Source: a virus (Duplodnaviria; Heunggongvirae; Uroviricota; Caudoviricetes). Taken from it: a stretch of 7,295 nt of DNA. The notes below the pieces were generated by a model. It did not search any database, was not told the origin of the DNA, and worked only from the letters and a program-made list of their open reading frames with translations. The position numbers and the translations under genes are program-made. The stretch is taken from IMG/VR virus record IMGVR_UViG_2713896781_000013, one strand, 5' to 3'. This document shows, piece after piece, positions 1 to 6,630 of this stretch; within the stretch, counting starts at the first letter, position 1; each line of letters begins with the position of its first letter.

Positions 1-389
1 ACGGGCATACACCCGGCGGCGGACCACCGTGGCCCCCACCAGGCTCTGCAGGTCCTCCGCCATTCCGGTGACCAGACCGAACAGATTGGACACCGTCAGT
101 GACGGGCGGGCACTGCTGCCCTTCCCGTTCATCTCAAAACCGCTGCCGTCAATCGGGTATGCCTGATATTCCCGCCCCTGCCAGGTAACCGCCTCCCCTT
201 TTTCATTCAGCTCATTGCAGAAAAAATACCGCTCNNNNNNNNNNNNNNNNNNNNNNNNNNNNNNNNNNNNNNNNNNNNNNNNNNCCGCTCACCACCCTGT
301 ACCGTCAGGTCGATTTCCCAGAGTACCACCCGCGGTGACTGCTCTGACTTAACCGACTCGTTCAGACTTTCTTCGCGAATATCCTGCAT
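1..389 (-). CDS. L: Minor tail protein L (lambda gpL family); 3' end lies beyond the window start and the reading frame is interrupted by a 50-nt N run (235..284)
   Basis: ATG at 389..387. N-terminus MQDIREESLNESVKSEQSPRVVLWEIDLTVQGGER runs up to the N gap. My translation of the minus strand from 234 to 1 gives ERYFFCNELNEKGEAVTWQGREYQAYPIDGSGFEMNGKGSSARPSLTVSNLFGLVTGMAEDLQSLVGATVVRRRVYAR with no stop. Both parts are colinear with lambda gpL as I recall it (MQDIRQETLNE...VVLWEIDLT...GGERYFFCNEQNEKGEPVTWQGRQYQPYPI...TLTVSNLYGMVTGMAEDMQSLVGGTVVRRKVYAR). The start codon overlaps the stop of M by one base (TGATG). Confidence 0.85.
235..284. other. Run of 50 N (assembly gap or masked bases) inside gene L, flanked by the direct repeat CCGCTC (229..234 and 285..290)
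   Basis: Seen directly in the sequence. Deleting the N run plus one copy of the 6-bp repeat restores a continuous L frame (...TVQGGERYFFCNE...). Confidence 0.9.
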
Positions 390-730
390 CAGTTCACCAC
401 CTGCTCAATCGTACAACTGAAATCACTGTACCTGGCGTTATCTGTGACGCTCCACTCCCGGCACACCACCCTCACCGTCCGGTTATGTTTCGGCGGTCGC
501 CACAAAAAGGCACGGTAACCACCATGCCAGGATAAAAATTCATCCAGCCAGCGCCGGGTTGACTCATCCGTCACCCGGAACACCGCCTGAAACGTCTTCA
601 GTTGAGGATTCAGCCCTGTGGGGCGGCGCTGTTCATAACCGTCACCAAACCGCACCCTCACCACCGACGGCTTCTCACTCACCTGCATCCCTTCACGCGG
701 GACCAGATGCAGCGTTTTTATCTCAGCCAC
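389..730 (-). CDS. M: Minor tail protein M (lambda gpM family)
   Basis: 113-aa ORF MAEIKTLHLVPREGMQVSEKPSVVRVRFGDGYEQRRPTGLNPQLKTF...FLWRPPKHNRTVRVVCREWSV...EQVVN, matching the lambda gpM pattern as recalled (VRFGDGY, LNANLKT, HGG, FLWTPP, EQVVN C-terminus). Start is GTG at 730..728 with GGAGGA (743..738) 7 nt upstream; it overlaps the 3' end of H by 8 nt. Stop TGA at 391..389. Confidence 0.9.
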   Translation of the reverse strand: MAEIKTLHLVPREGMQVSEKPSVVRVRFGDGYEQRRPTGLNPQLKTFQAVFRVTDESTRRWLDEFLSWHGGYRAFLWRPPKHNRTVRVVCREWSVTDNARYSDFSCTIEQVVN

Positions 731-3700
731 TCAGCATTCCTCCGTCACGTCGCATGGACAGCATCACCGCCTGCACCCGCTGGTCAATCAGCTGCACAAG
801 GCTGCCCGCAGCTTCCGGCCCTATCTGTCCGTTAGCCCCGTCATTCTGAATGGCGATGTGGTAGACCGGGGAATACACCAGACCAGCACTGCCGTTCATA
901 CTGCCCACCGCGCGTACGCCCAGCGAGCCATCCGCCGCCCGGGTCAGGGGCATAATGGCTTCAGGTCCGGCTTCCCCCATCAGCCCGGCCCCTTTTGCAA
1001 ACGCAAAGTACGTGGGCGTGTCCACAATGCTGTTGCTGTACGCGCTCAGGTTTGCCGAGGTATACACGCCGCCTTTTGCATTGGCCACCGCACCGCCCAG
1101 CCAGTCACCAATGCTGCCGAGAAATCCTCCTGCACCGGACATACTGTTTGCCGCCGTCTTGATCCCGTTGACAATCGCGGCATTCATAAGAACTTTTGAT
1201 ATTTCCTGCAGCACTGATGAGGCCCAGCTGCGCCATTCCACTTTATTTCCGTTCAGCATCTCCGTGATGTTATTCACCATCCCTGAGATACCCTCCGTCG
1301 CAAGCTGTGCTGCCTGTGAGGCGTAATCGGACGCATTATCCACCCAGTTACTGAATCCCTCCTGCAGCCCTTTCTGCCAGTCCGCACGCTGCGCATCCGA
1401 TTCGGCATAAAAAGTTTCCTGGTCTTTAAGGCGTTCACTCAGATACTGCGCGTTCTGTGCCAGAGCCTGTCTGTAAAAATCCTCACTGATATCCCCGCTC
1501 TGATACTGAGACTGAAGGTCCGCATCCTTCTGGCGGAAGCTGTCGCGGATCTGCTGCAACTCCCGCATGCGTTCTCTGGCTCGCTCCCCCTGCCCGTACC
1601 CCAGCAGTTCAGCATCATTCGACGCACGCGCAGCCGCATTCTCATTCTTCAGTGTCTCTTCCCGGGATCGCAACTGTTCCCGGATTTTTTGCTGGTCAAT
1701 CAGGGTCGCGTTACGCAGCAGTTCCTGCTTCTGCATCTCCGTCAGGGTTTTCAGTTCACCCAGCGCTGTCTGGTATTTCAGCTTCGCCAGCTCTGTATTC
1801 TGCCCCACCAGTGCCAGTTGCTCTTTCTGCTGCTTCAGCAGCCGGGAAAAACTGTCTTCCGCTTTTTCCGTCTCTGATTTTCCACCCCGGGATTTGGGTT
1901 TATTCGCCTCGTTATTGCGCCAGGCTTCCAGGGCATTACTGATATAACGTTGTCTCGCCTCCTGATACGGATCACCCACAAAACCGAGGTCATCCGCCGC
2001 ATACCCCAGTCGGACACGCTCTTTTTCTTCCCCTTTCAGTCTGGACAGGGCCAGCTCACGCTCTGTTTTTGTCAGGGCACTCTGCTGTTTATCATCCAGG
2101 GTGGCCTGCGGCAGCCGTAACGGTACATTCACCAGTCCCTGACGCTGCTGAAGCAGTTCATTCCCCAGCCCCAGCAGACGGTTGAATTCCGTATGCTGAC
2201 CGTTCATAACCAGCATGGACTGGTACACCTTATTCTGCTCTGCCGCCTGCTGACGAATTAACGCCACACGACGGTCTTCCAGCCCGGCAAGCACATCCTG
2301 AATGGACTGCGCTTTTTCCTGCATCTGTGCCAGACGGGACTGCTCAACGGCAAGCTGCTCTGTTGCCTGAGAAAGCCCTTCCGTTACGGTCTTCACCGAT
2401 GTCAGATGGTTTATCATGAATCCGTCACCGGTCGTCCAGCCCGGGTTCGCCAGAACATACTGATATCCTGCGATTTTTTCCTGCAGGGATTTCACCCGAC
2501 TGGCCTGTTCATCAATCAGCCGGTTCTGCTCTGTCAGCGCCGCCCGTGTTCGTCCTTCATTATCTGAGGCTTCAGGCAAAGACATTGACGGCGTTTTATG
2601 CGCGATTTCATCTATCGTCAGTGCATACTGGCGCGCAGACTCCCTGGCCTGCTCCTGATTCTGGTACAGCGTGTACCATGCTGCAGCCCCCAGCATCACC
2701 AGTCCGGGTACGCCACCAACCAGCCCCAGCGCACCGCTCATCAGACGTGAGCCCACCGCCGTTGTACTGTTCAGCGCATTCTGGGCGGCGCTTCTGGCAG
2801 CAATATTTCTGTTCAGGCGTTCCTGTGTGGCCGCCAGACGGGCCTCTGCAGCAATCTGCATCTCCGTCCCGCGGGCTGCCGCCACGGCCTGCTGAGCACG
2901 GTACACGGCTGCCCTTGCCCGCGCCGTGGCAATCTGCGTTCCCCTGAACTGTGCTTCCGCCAGTGCAACTTCATTACGTGCAGCCGTCACAAGTCCTGCC
3001 GTGGCAGACATCGCTCCGGAGGCCATATTGCCAAAGTACCGGGCAACCCCGACGGCAACCAGCGCGCCCACGGCTGTTGCCACATTATCAATCTGTCCGG
3101 CAACACCGTTCAGCATGCCGGAGAGCGTTTTTGTCACCCCGCTGGCCTCATTCGCACCGCCCACCCAGGCCATAAAGGCGTTTTCCACCTTCGTGATACT
3201 ACTGGAAACCGTTTCCGGCATGGCCGCATATTCATCACGTAATATCCCCAGCTGGCTGATTAACGCGGGGACCACTTTATCCGCTGTCAGTTTTCCGTCA
3301 TCCGCCATTGCCTTCAGATCTTTACGGGCCACGCCCATACCCGCAGCCAGTGCACGTACGATCCGGTCACCACTTTCATTGACCGAATTAAACTCCTCAC
3401 CACGCAATACACCCTGCGCCAGCGCCTGACTGAACTGGGTGATCACCGAGCCCGCCTCTGCCGTACTGGCACCGGAGATTTTCAGCCCTGTCGAAATGGC
3501 CTCCGTCACCTTCAGCACATCATCAGCACTGTAACCATATTCACGCATCGAGGCAGCCGAACGGGCAAACAGGGCCGCATTATCCGAAAATGCGGTGCCT
3601 GTCCGCTGGCTGATATCCATCAGCACTTTCTGTGATGACGCAAATTCATCCGATGACTGCGACGCCTGTTTCAGACGGGCATTCACGGAGCTCCATTCAT

Positions 3701-3965
3701 CCGCCAGCGAAATCAGGTGTCCGGTGGCAAAGGCACCGGCAAACGCACCGGTCATTCCGACAGCCGAAGCGCGGATTTCCGTCAACTGGCTGTGCAGCTC
3801 AGCCAGAGCCCGGCGCTGCTCCCTGGCTGCCGCAGCAGCCTGACGTCCGCCATTCTGCAGGGTCCGGTAATATTCACTGCCCATACGGGACGCCCGCTGG
3901 ATCTCCGACTGGAATGACTGTGAATTTGCCGAAATTTTGATAATCAGTTCACGTAACGTCGCCAT
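723..3965 (-). CDS. H: Tail tape measure protein (lambda gpH family), 1080 aa
   Basis: Single 3243-nt ORF. Ala/Gly-rich N-terminal tape-measure-type region, a long Gln/Glu/Arg/Leu-rich coiled-coil-like centre, then a hydrophobic Gly/Ala stretch and a C-terminus (...NDGANGQIGPEAAGS...MRRDGGMLSG) resembling the lambda gpH C-terminus as recalled (NNDGTNGQIGPAAL...MRDGGLFSGGGR). Sits directly downstream of the G/G-T chaperone pair. ATG at 3965..3963 preceded by GGAGAAAGG. Confidence 0.95.
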   Translation of the reverse strand: MATLRELIIKISANSQSFQSEIQRASRMGSEYYRTLQNGGRQAAAAAREQRRALAELHSQLTEIRASAVGMTGAFAGAFATGHLISLADEWSSVNARLKQASQSSDEFASSQKVLMDISQRTGTAFSDNAALFARSAASMREYGYSADDVLKVTEAISTGLKISGASTAEAGSVITQFSQALAQGVLRGEEFNSVNESGDRIVRALAAGMGVARKDLKAMADDGKLTADKVVPALISQLGILRDEYAAMPETVSSSITKVENAFMAWVGGANEASGVTKTLSGMLNGVAGQIDNVATAVGALVAVGVARYFGNMASGAMSATAGLVTAARNEVALAEAQFRGTQIATARARAAVYRAQQAVAAARGTEMQIAAEARLAATQERLNRNIAARSAAQNALNSTTAVGSRLMSGALGLVGGVPGLVMLGAAAWYTLYQNQEQARESARQYALTIDEIAHKTPSMSLPEASDNEGRTRAALTEQNRLIDEQASRVKSLQEKIAGYQYVLANPGWTTGDGFMINHLTSVKTVTEGLSQATEQLAVEQSRLAQMQEKAQSIQDVLAGLEDRRVALIRQQAAEQNKVYQSMLVMNGQHTEFNRLLGLGNELLQQRQGLVNVPLRLPQATLDDKQQSALTKTERELALSRLKGEEKERVRLGYAADDLGFVGDPYQEARQRYISNALEAWRNNEANKPKSRGGKSETEKAEDSFSRLLKQQKEQLALVGQNTELAKLKYQTALGELKTLTEMQKQELLRNATLIDQQKIREQLRSREETLKNENAAARASNDAELLGYGQGERARERMRELQQIRDSFRQKDADLQSQYQSGDISEDFYRQALAQNAQYLSERLKDQETFYAESDAQRADWQKGLQEGFSNWVDNASDYASQAAQLATEGISGMVNNITEMLNGNKVEWRSWASSVLQEISKVLMNAAIVNGIKTAANSMSGAGGFLGSIGDWLGGAVANAKGGVYTSANLSAYSNSIVDTPTYFAFAKGAGLMGEAGPEAIMPLTRAADGSLGVRAVGSMNGSAGLVYSPVYHIAIQNDGANGQIGPEAAGSLVQLIDQRVQAVMLSMRRDGGMLSG

Positions 3966-3981
3966 TCACCTTTCTCCGGGC

Positions 3982-4007
3982 AAAAAAAACCTGCCACAGC
4001 AGGTTTT
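3982..4007 (-). terminator. Hairpin followed by a T8 tract in the T-H intergenic spacer (possible weak intrinsic terminator or RNA-stabilising hairpin)
   Basis: Minus strand reads AAAACCTGC-TGTG-GCAGG-TTTTTTTT: a 5-bp GC-rich stem (3990..3994 with 3999..4003), a 4-nt loop, possible A-U extension, then eight U. It lies between the T stop (4019..4017) and the H start (3965). Confidence 0.3.
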
Positions 4008-4016
4008 CATCATTAT

Positions 4017-4696
4017 TTATGACATTGCTGCAAGGCTCAGCGCGTCTTCCAGCGCCGCAAACGGATCCACCTCCGGCTTATCCTCATCCTCGCCCCAGCA
4101 GAGCATGGCGTCCTTCAGTGCAACATTCATCCCCTGTGCCCCGAAAACCGCTTTCACGATCTGCGCATTACGGATATCCCCGCGCTCATCACCCAGCGGG
4201 GATACCCTGTCGAACTCCATCCACATCATCGCCTCGCTCGCACTCAGGCTGTGCCGCAGTTCGGATAAGGTGCGCCCCAGACGGAGCGCAAGTCGCATCA
4301 GAAAGCGAATTTCCGGGCGGGCTACTTTTTTCTGGCCGACTCTGCATCAGCGATCAGTTCCAGTGCCTGACGCAGCAACCGGGCATGTACCGGACCATAG
4401 ACGGCCAGCACCTGCTCACGGTCGTCCGGAGTGAACACCCGTTGCAGGTCAGTATCACACAGGACATCGCAGAACAGCGTCACATCCGCTTCCAGGTTAC
4501 GGCGGGTTTTCGCCACCACCGACAGGGTATCGTCATCCTCTCCATCACCATTGAGCACTTCCTGCCACAGATACCAGGCCTCTGCCGAAGGCTCCCGCAG
4601 CACCACGCTGACATTTCTCCATTCCGGCACCTTCACCGTTTTATGACGGAACCCCGACAGTCTGGCCAGCGCCAGTGTTTTCAGATCTTTTGCCAT
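4017..4696 (-). CDS. T: Tail assembly chaperone G-T fusion made by a programmed -1 ribosomal frameshift at 4331..4325 (about 226 aa); the T-frame portion is 4017..4328
   Basis: The T-frame ORF (93 aa from its first Met, MRLALRLGRTLSELRHSLSASEAMMWMEF...) is in the -1 frame relative to G and is open across the slippery site (CRVGQKKVARPEIRFLMRL...). The T portion resembles lambda gpT as recalled (LRHRMSAAELTEWMAF). Synteny G, T, H is conserved. Confidence 0.8.
4322..4696 (-). CDS. G: Tail assembly chaperone G (zero-frame product, 124 aa)
   Basis: ORF MAKDLKTLALARLSGFRHKTVKVPEW...ADAESARKK with an acidic DGEDDD stretch, lying between the major tail gene and the tape measure gene. It ends with AGA AAA AAG TAG, so the slippery heptamer sits immediately before the stop. 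ATG at 4696..4694 is 5 nt after the V stop. Confidence 0.85.
   Translation of the reverse strand: MAKDLKTLALARLSGFRHKTVKVPEWRNVSVVLREPSAEAWYLWQEVLNGDGEDDDTLSVVAKTRRNLEADVTLFCDVLCDTDLQRVFTPDDREQVLAVYGPVHARLLRQALELIADAESARKK
4325..4331 (-). other. Programmed -1 frameshift slippery heptamer A AAA AAG, immediately followed by the G stop codon TAG (4324..4322)
   Basis: Plus-strand CTTTTTT at 4325..4331 is A_AAA_AAG on the minus strand, in the G zero frame (AAA 4330..4328, AAG 4327..4325). A -1 slip reads AAA AAA GTA GCC CGC CCG GAA ATT CGC TTT CTG ATG, which joins the T frame. Confidence 0.8.
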
Positions 4697-4701
4697 AAGC
4701 C

Positions 4702-5418
4702 TTATCCGCCCGCACCATTAACCGTTACCGTACACGCATCAGAGGTAATGCTCTGCGGCTGTTCTGCAGAATCCATTACCATGCAGGTATAAGCCCCCTT
4801 ATCACCTGACTGCGCATTGGCTTTACTGAAAGTGTCAGTAGTCTGTCCCTCGACCGGCTGACCATCCTTCTTCCAGGCGTATTTATAAGGCGGCGTTCCC
4901 CCGTTGACACTGACTGACATTGTCAGCAGCGCACCGGTATTCACGGTAAGTGTCTTCTCCGGATTTTTCACAAACGCCAGCGGTACCACATAGGACACCG
5001 GTTTACCCTTCAGGCGAAGTGAAAACGTTGCAGCCACCACGCCGTTGGTACCGGATGACCAGGTGTGCTGACGCACTTCCGCCAGGAACTTAAAGCCCTT
5101 ACCGGACGGAAACTGCACCTTAAACGCATACACCGTGTCATTGTCATAGGCATCACGCAGGGCGTTCTGGGCCTGATTCAGATAAAAATTACCCGACATG
5201 GAAATCTCGGACGACGCCCCCAGACCGTTGATGTTCTCCTGCTCTGTGGAGCAGAGCGTGGTCACATCAATATCCTGTTTCTGCCCGGCGGTGAACTGGA
5301 CTTCCTTGATGGCGCAGTCCAGGCGCAGATATTCCGCCTTATCCATAGTTTCAGCAGTCGCCGGGGCAGATGAAATCATCACCTGCGTCAGCTGTGAGCG
5401 TTCATACAAAGCAGACAT
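4702..5418 (-). CDS. V: Major tail (tube) protein, lambda gpV-like, with a C-terminal Ig-like domain (238 aa)
   Basis: Start assigned to the ATG at 5418..5416 (Met47 of the 284-aa track ORF) because AGGAGG lies at 5428..5423 and the upstream part of the open frame overlaps the previous gene and the intergenic hairpin. Protein MSALYERSQLTQ...VYAFKVQFPSGKG... resembles the lambda gpV core as recalled (AYKIRFPNG). The C-terminal ~85 aa carry Ig-type motifs (PPYKYAWKKDGQPV, GDKGAYTCMV). Position immediately upstream of G/G-T fits the tail tube gene. Confidence 0.85.
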   Translation of the reverse strand: MSALYERSQLTQVMISSAPATAETMDKAEYLRLDCAIKEVQFTAGQKQDIDVTTLCSTEQENINGLGASSEISMSGNFYLNQAQNALRDAYDNDTVYAFKVQFPSGKGFKFLAEVRQHTWSSGTNGVVAATFSLRLKGKPVSYVVPLAFVKNPEKTLTVNTGALLTMSVSVNGGTPPYKYAWKKDGQPVEGQTTDTFSKANAQSGDKGAYTCMVMDSAEQPQSITSDACTVTVNGAGG

Positions 5419-5422
5419 TCTG

Positions 5423-5428
5423 CCTCCT
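5423..5428 (-). promoter_or_regulatory. Shine-Dalgarno AGGAGG for the major tail protein gene
   Basis: Plus-strand CCTCCT at 5423..5428 is AGGAGG on the minus strand, 4 nt upstream of the ATG at 5418. Confidence 0.6.
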
Positions 5429-5434
5429 GATAAT

Positions 5435-5455
5435 AAAAAACCCGCACGCGGCGGG
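5435..5455 (-). terminator. GC-rich hairpin followed by a T6 tract directly upstream of the major tail protein gene (candidate intrinsic terminator or attenuator, or mRNA processing/stability element)
   Basis: Minus strand reads CCCGC-CGCGU-GCGGG then UUUUUUAUUA: stem 5455..5451 with 5445..5441, 5-nt loop, T tract 5440..5435. It sits between the stop of the gpU-like gene (5488..5486) and the V Shine-Dalgarno. Confidence 0.35.
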
Positions 5456-5485
5456 GTATGGGTTTTGTAGAAAAAAAAGAAAAAG

Positions 5486-5830
5486 TCACACCGTGACCTG
5501 AAACTCCAGGGTTGCACGGTAACAGCGGTTTTCCGGAATATAGTCCTGCATTTCACTGACGGATCCCGGGGCCAGCAGCATTATGGCTTCACGGGCGTCC
5601 TGACGTATCTGACGCGCCTGCGTCACAGTCCCGGCATAAACGTCTATCTGCACCGACACTGAGGACTCCGCCTGCCCGCCCATCACGTCCGCCGACACCG
5701 ATGAAATCAGGCTGAAAACCACCCACGGAAGCGCCACCGACGGCCTGCCATCCAGCAGGGGGACCACATACGGGTACACCTGCCCGCCGGCAAGATGCGC
5801 CAGATAAGGATACAAATCCGCCTCCGTCAT
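5486..5830 (-). CDS. Tail terminator protein (lambda gpU-like / DUF3168-like), 114 aa
   Basis: ORF MTEADLYPYLAHLAGGQVYPYVVPLLDGRPSVALPWVVFSL...VQIDVYAG... shares the DGRP-V...P-V and hydrophobic-strand pattern of lambda gpU as recalled (FFDGRPAVFDEADFPAVAVYL...LHIEVFLPA). Lies immediately upstream of the major tail gene. Its ATG (5830..5828) overlaps the preceding gene's TGA as ATGA. Confidence 0.65.
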   Translation of the reverse strand: MTEADLYPYLAHLAGGQVYPYVVPLLDGRPSVALPWVVFSLISSVSADVMGGQAESSVSVQIDVYAGTVTQARQIRQDAREAIMLLAPGSVSEMQDYIPENRCYRATLEFQVTV

Positions 5831-6273
5831 CGTCTCAGTACCTCATCAATGGCCCGGTTCATCCGCGCAATCGCCACCTGAGCTGCCTGTTCACTGCGCA
5901 CATCAAACGCCGGGCGCACAAACGGGTGCGGTGGCATATTCACGGTCCCCATTTCCACAAACCGCCAGTAGAAAGCATTGCGCGGGTTATCCGCCTTCAT
6001 GGTGTTATCGCTGTTACCGGTGTCCGGATTAACACCACGGATATGGACACCGGATTCCATCCCGCCATCGCGGGAGCGCCGGGAAAGGACCACCACATTG
6101 CGGCGCAGTTTTCCCCTGCGTACCGGTGCCCGTGACACCACTTCTTCTTTCAGCACATTCGCACCCGCACGGGTTGCCTCACGCAGCACCCGGTTATTTT
6201 CCGCACCACTCAGAAGCTGCAAATCGCGGCTGATGTCCTCCAGCCCCGAAAAATCCAGCAGGGTTTCGATCAT
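5827..6273 (-). CDS. Tail completion / head-tail joining protein, HK97 gp10 family (lambda gpZ-analogous), 148 aa
   Basis: ORF containing WRFVEMGTVNMPPHPFVRPAF, the motif I associate with the HK97 gp10 family (F-E-x-G-T...HPF-x-RPA). Position is between the head-closure gene and the tail terminator gene. ATGA overlap with the upstream gene at 6273..6270. Confidence 0.7.
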   Translation of the reverse strand: MIETLLDFSGLEDISRDLQLLSGAENNRVLREATRAGANVLKEEVVSRAPVRRGKLRRNVVVLSRRSRDGGMESGVHIRGVNPDTGNSDNTMKADNPRNAFYWRFVEMGTVNMPPHPFVRPAFDVRSEQAAQVAIARMNRAIDEVLRR

Positions 6274-6620
6274 TTTTCCCCTCCCAGCCGACAGAGAATT
6301 TCCAGACGCCCGCCGGTCGCATCCGGCACGGGCAGCCCGACAACGTTCAGGATCCGGTCACGCCATGGACCACTCAGCACATGAAGTCGTGACGCTGCCG
6401 TGATTTCCCGGCCGGACTGACCGCGCACCCAGATGCGGATTTCCGCCTGCGCCATTTCCGCACCGGACTGCATCCGCTCCCGGCTGCTCCTGCCACGGAT
6501 ATCCGCATGAATTTTCCCGCATGACACCCATTCTTCCGTCATTTCTCCGGCAGCATTACGGGTTAACACCGGCTTCAGAACACTTATCATCTGTGTCAGA
6601 CGACCTGCAGATATTGCCAT
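6270..6620 (-). CDS. Head closure / head-tail adaptor protein (SPP1 gp16 and HK97 gp8-like head-tail joining family), 116 aa
   Basis: ORF MAISAGRLTQMISVLKPV...GEMTEEWVSCGKIHADIRGRSSRERMQSGAEMAQAEIRIWVRGQSGREITAASRLHV...RILNVVGLPVPDATGGRLEILCRL shows the family's typical pattern (GRL near the N-terminus, E-x-W, SGRE, I-R-I/W, R-I/L-x-V/I, LE-x-x-C). Strong Shine-Dalgarno GGAGGGAGGA at 6630..6621 directly before the ATG at 6620. Confidence 0.7.
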   Translation of the reverse strand: MAISAGRLTQMISVLKPVLTRNAAGEMTEEWVSCGKIHADIRGRSSRERMQSGAEMAQAEIRIWVRGQSGREITAASRLHVLSGPWRDRILNVVGLPVPDATGGRLEILCRLGGEK

Positions 6621-6630
6621 TCCTCCCTCC
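6621..6630 (-). promoter_or_regulatory. Shine-Dalgarno GGAGGGAGGA for the head closure gene
   Basis: Plus-strand TCCTCCCTCC at 6621..6630, directly between the TGA of the gp6-like gene (6633..6631) and the ATG at 6620. Confidence 0.6.

Noticed and set aside
229-290. Reading the 6-bp direct repeat around the N run as firm evidence of a transposon insertion in L
   Set aside because: A 6-bp overlap at a contig join explains it more simply, and 50 N is a conventional gap placeholder. It is kept as a finding to verify, not claimed as a mobile-element insertion.
686-730. An alternative ATG start for gene M at Met15 (688..686) instead of the GTG at 730
   Set aside because: The GTG at 730 has a GGAGGA Shine-Dalgarno at the right spacing, and the first 14 residues (AEIKTLHLVPREG) align with the lambda gpM N-terminus as recalled (KTFRWKVKPG), so the longer form is more likely.
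1567-1947. Plus-strand ORFs (126, 96 and 62 aa) inside the tape measure gene with Ser/Phe/Cys/Ala-rich products
   Set aside because: They are antisense to the coiled-coil region of the tape measure gene; the composition mirrors the codon bias of the sense strand and no start signals are present.
2926-3429. A 167-aa plus-strand ORF and neighbouring plus-strand ORFs (2546..2947, 2671..2895, 2951..3175) antisense to the tape measure gene
   Set aside because: Ala/Pro/Ser/Thr-rich low-complexity translations with no ribosome-binding sites, fully nested in the tape measure gene on the opposite strand.
4019-4792. A 257-aa plus-strand ORF antisense to the T and G genes (the longest plus-strand ORF in the window)
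   Set aside because: Its product is Pro/Arg/Ser/His-rich and low in complexity, it has no Shine-Dalgarno, and it lies wholly antisense to two well-supported genes. This is the usual long open antisense frame of GC-rich coding DNA, not a gene.
5419-5556. A 46-codon N-terminal extension of the major tail ORF starting at the ATG at 5556
   Set aside because: The extension overlaps the 3' end of the gpU-like gene and runs through the intergenic hairpin and T-rich spacer (translation ...CDFFFFFYKTHT...). The internal ATG at 5418 has an AGGAGG Shine-Dalgarno and gives a protein starting where tail-tube homology begins.
5926-6403. Plus-strand ORFs of 69 and 141 aa antisense to the gp10-family and head-closure genes
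   Set aside because: Arg/Ser/Pro-rich antisense frames without translation signals; the sense-strand genes have family-level motifs and coupled starts.
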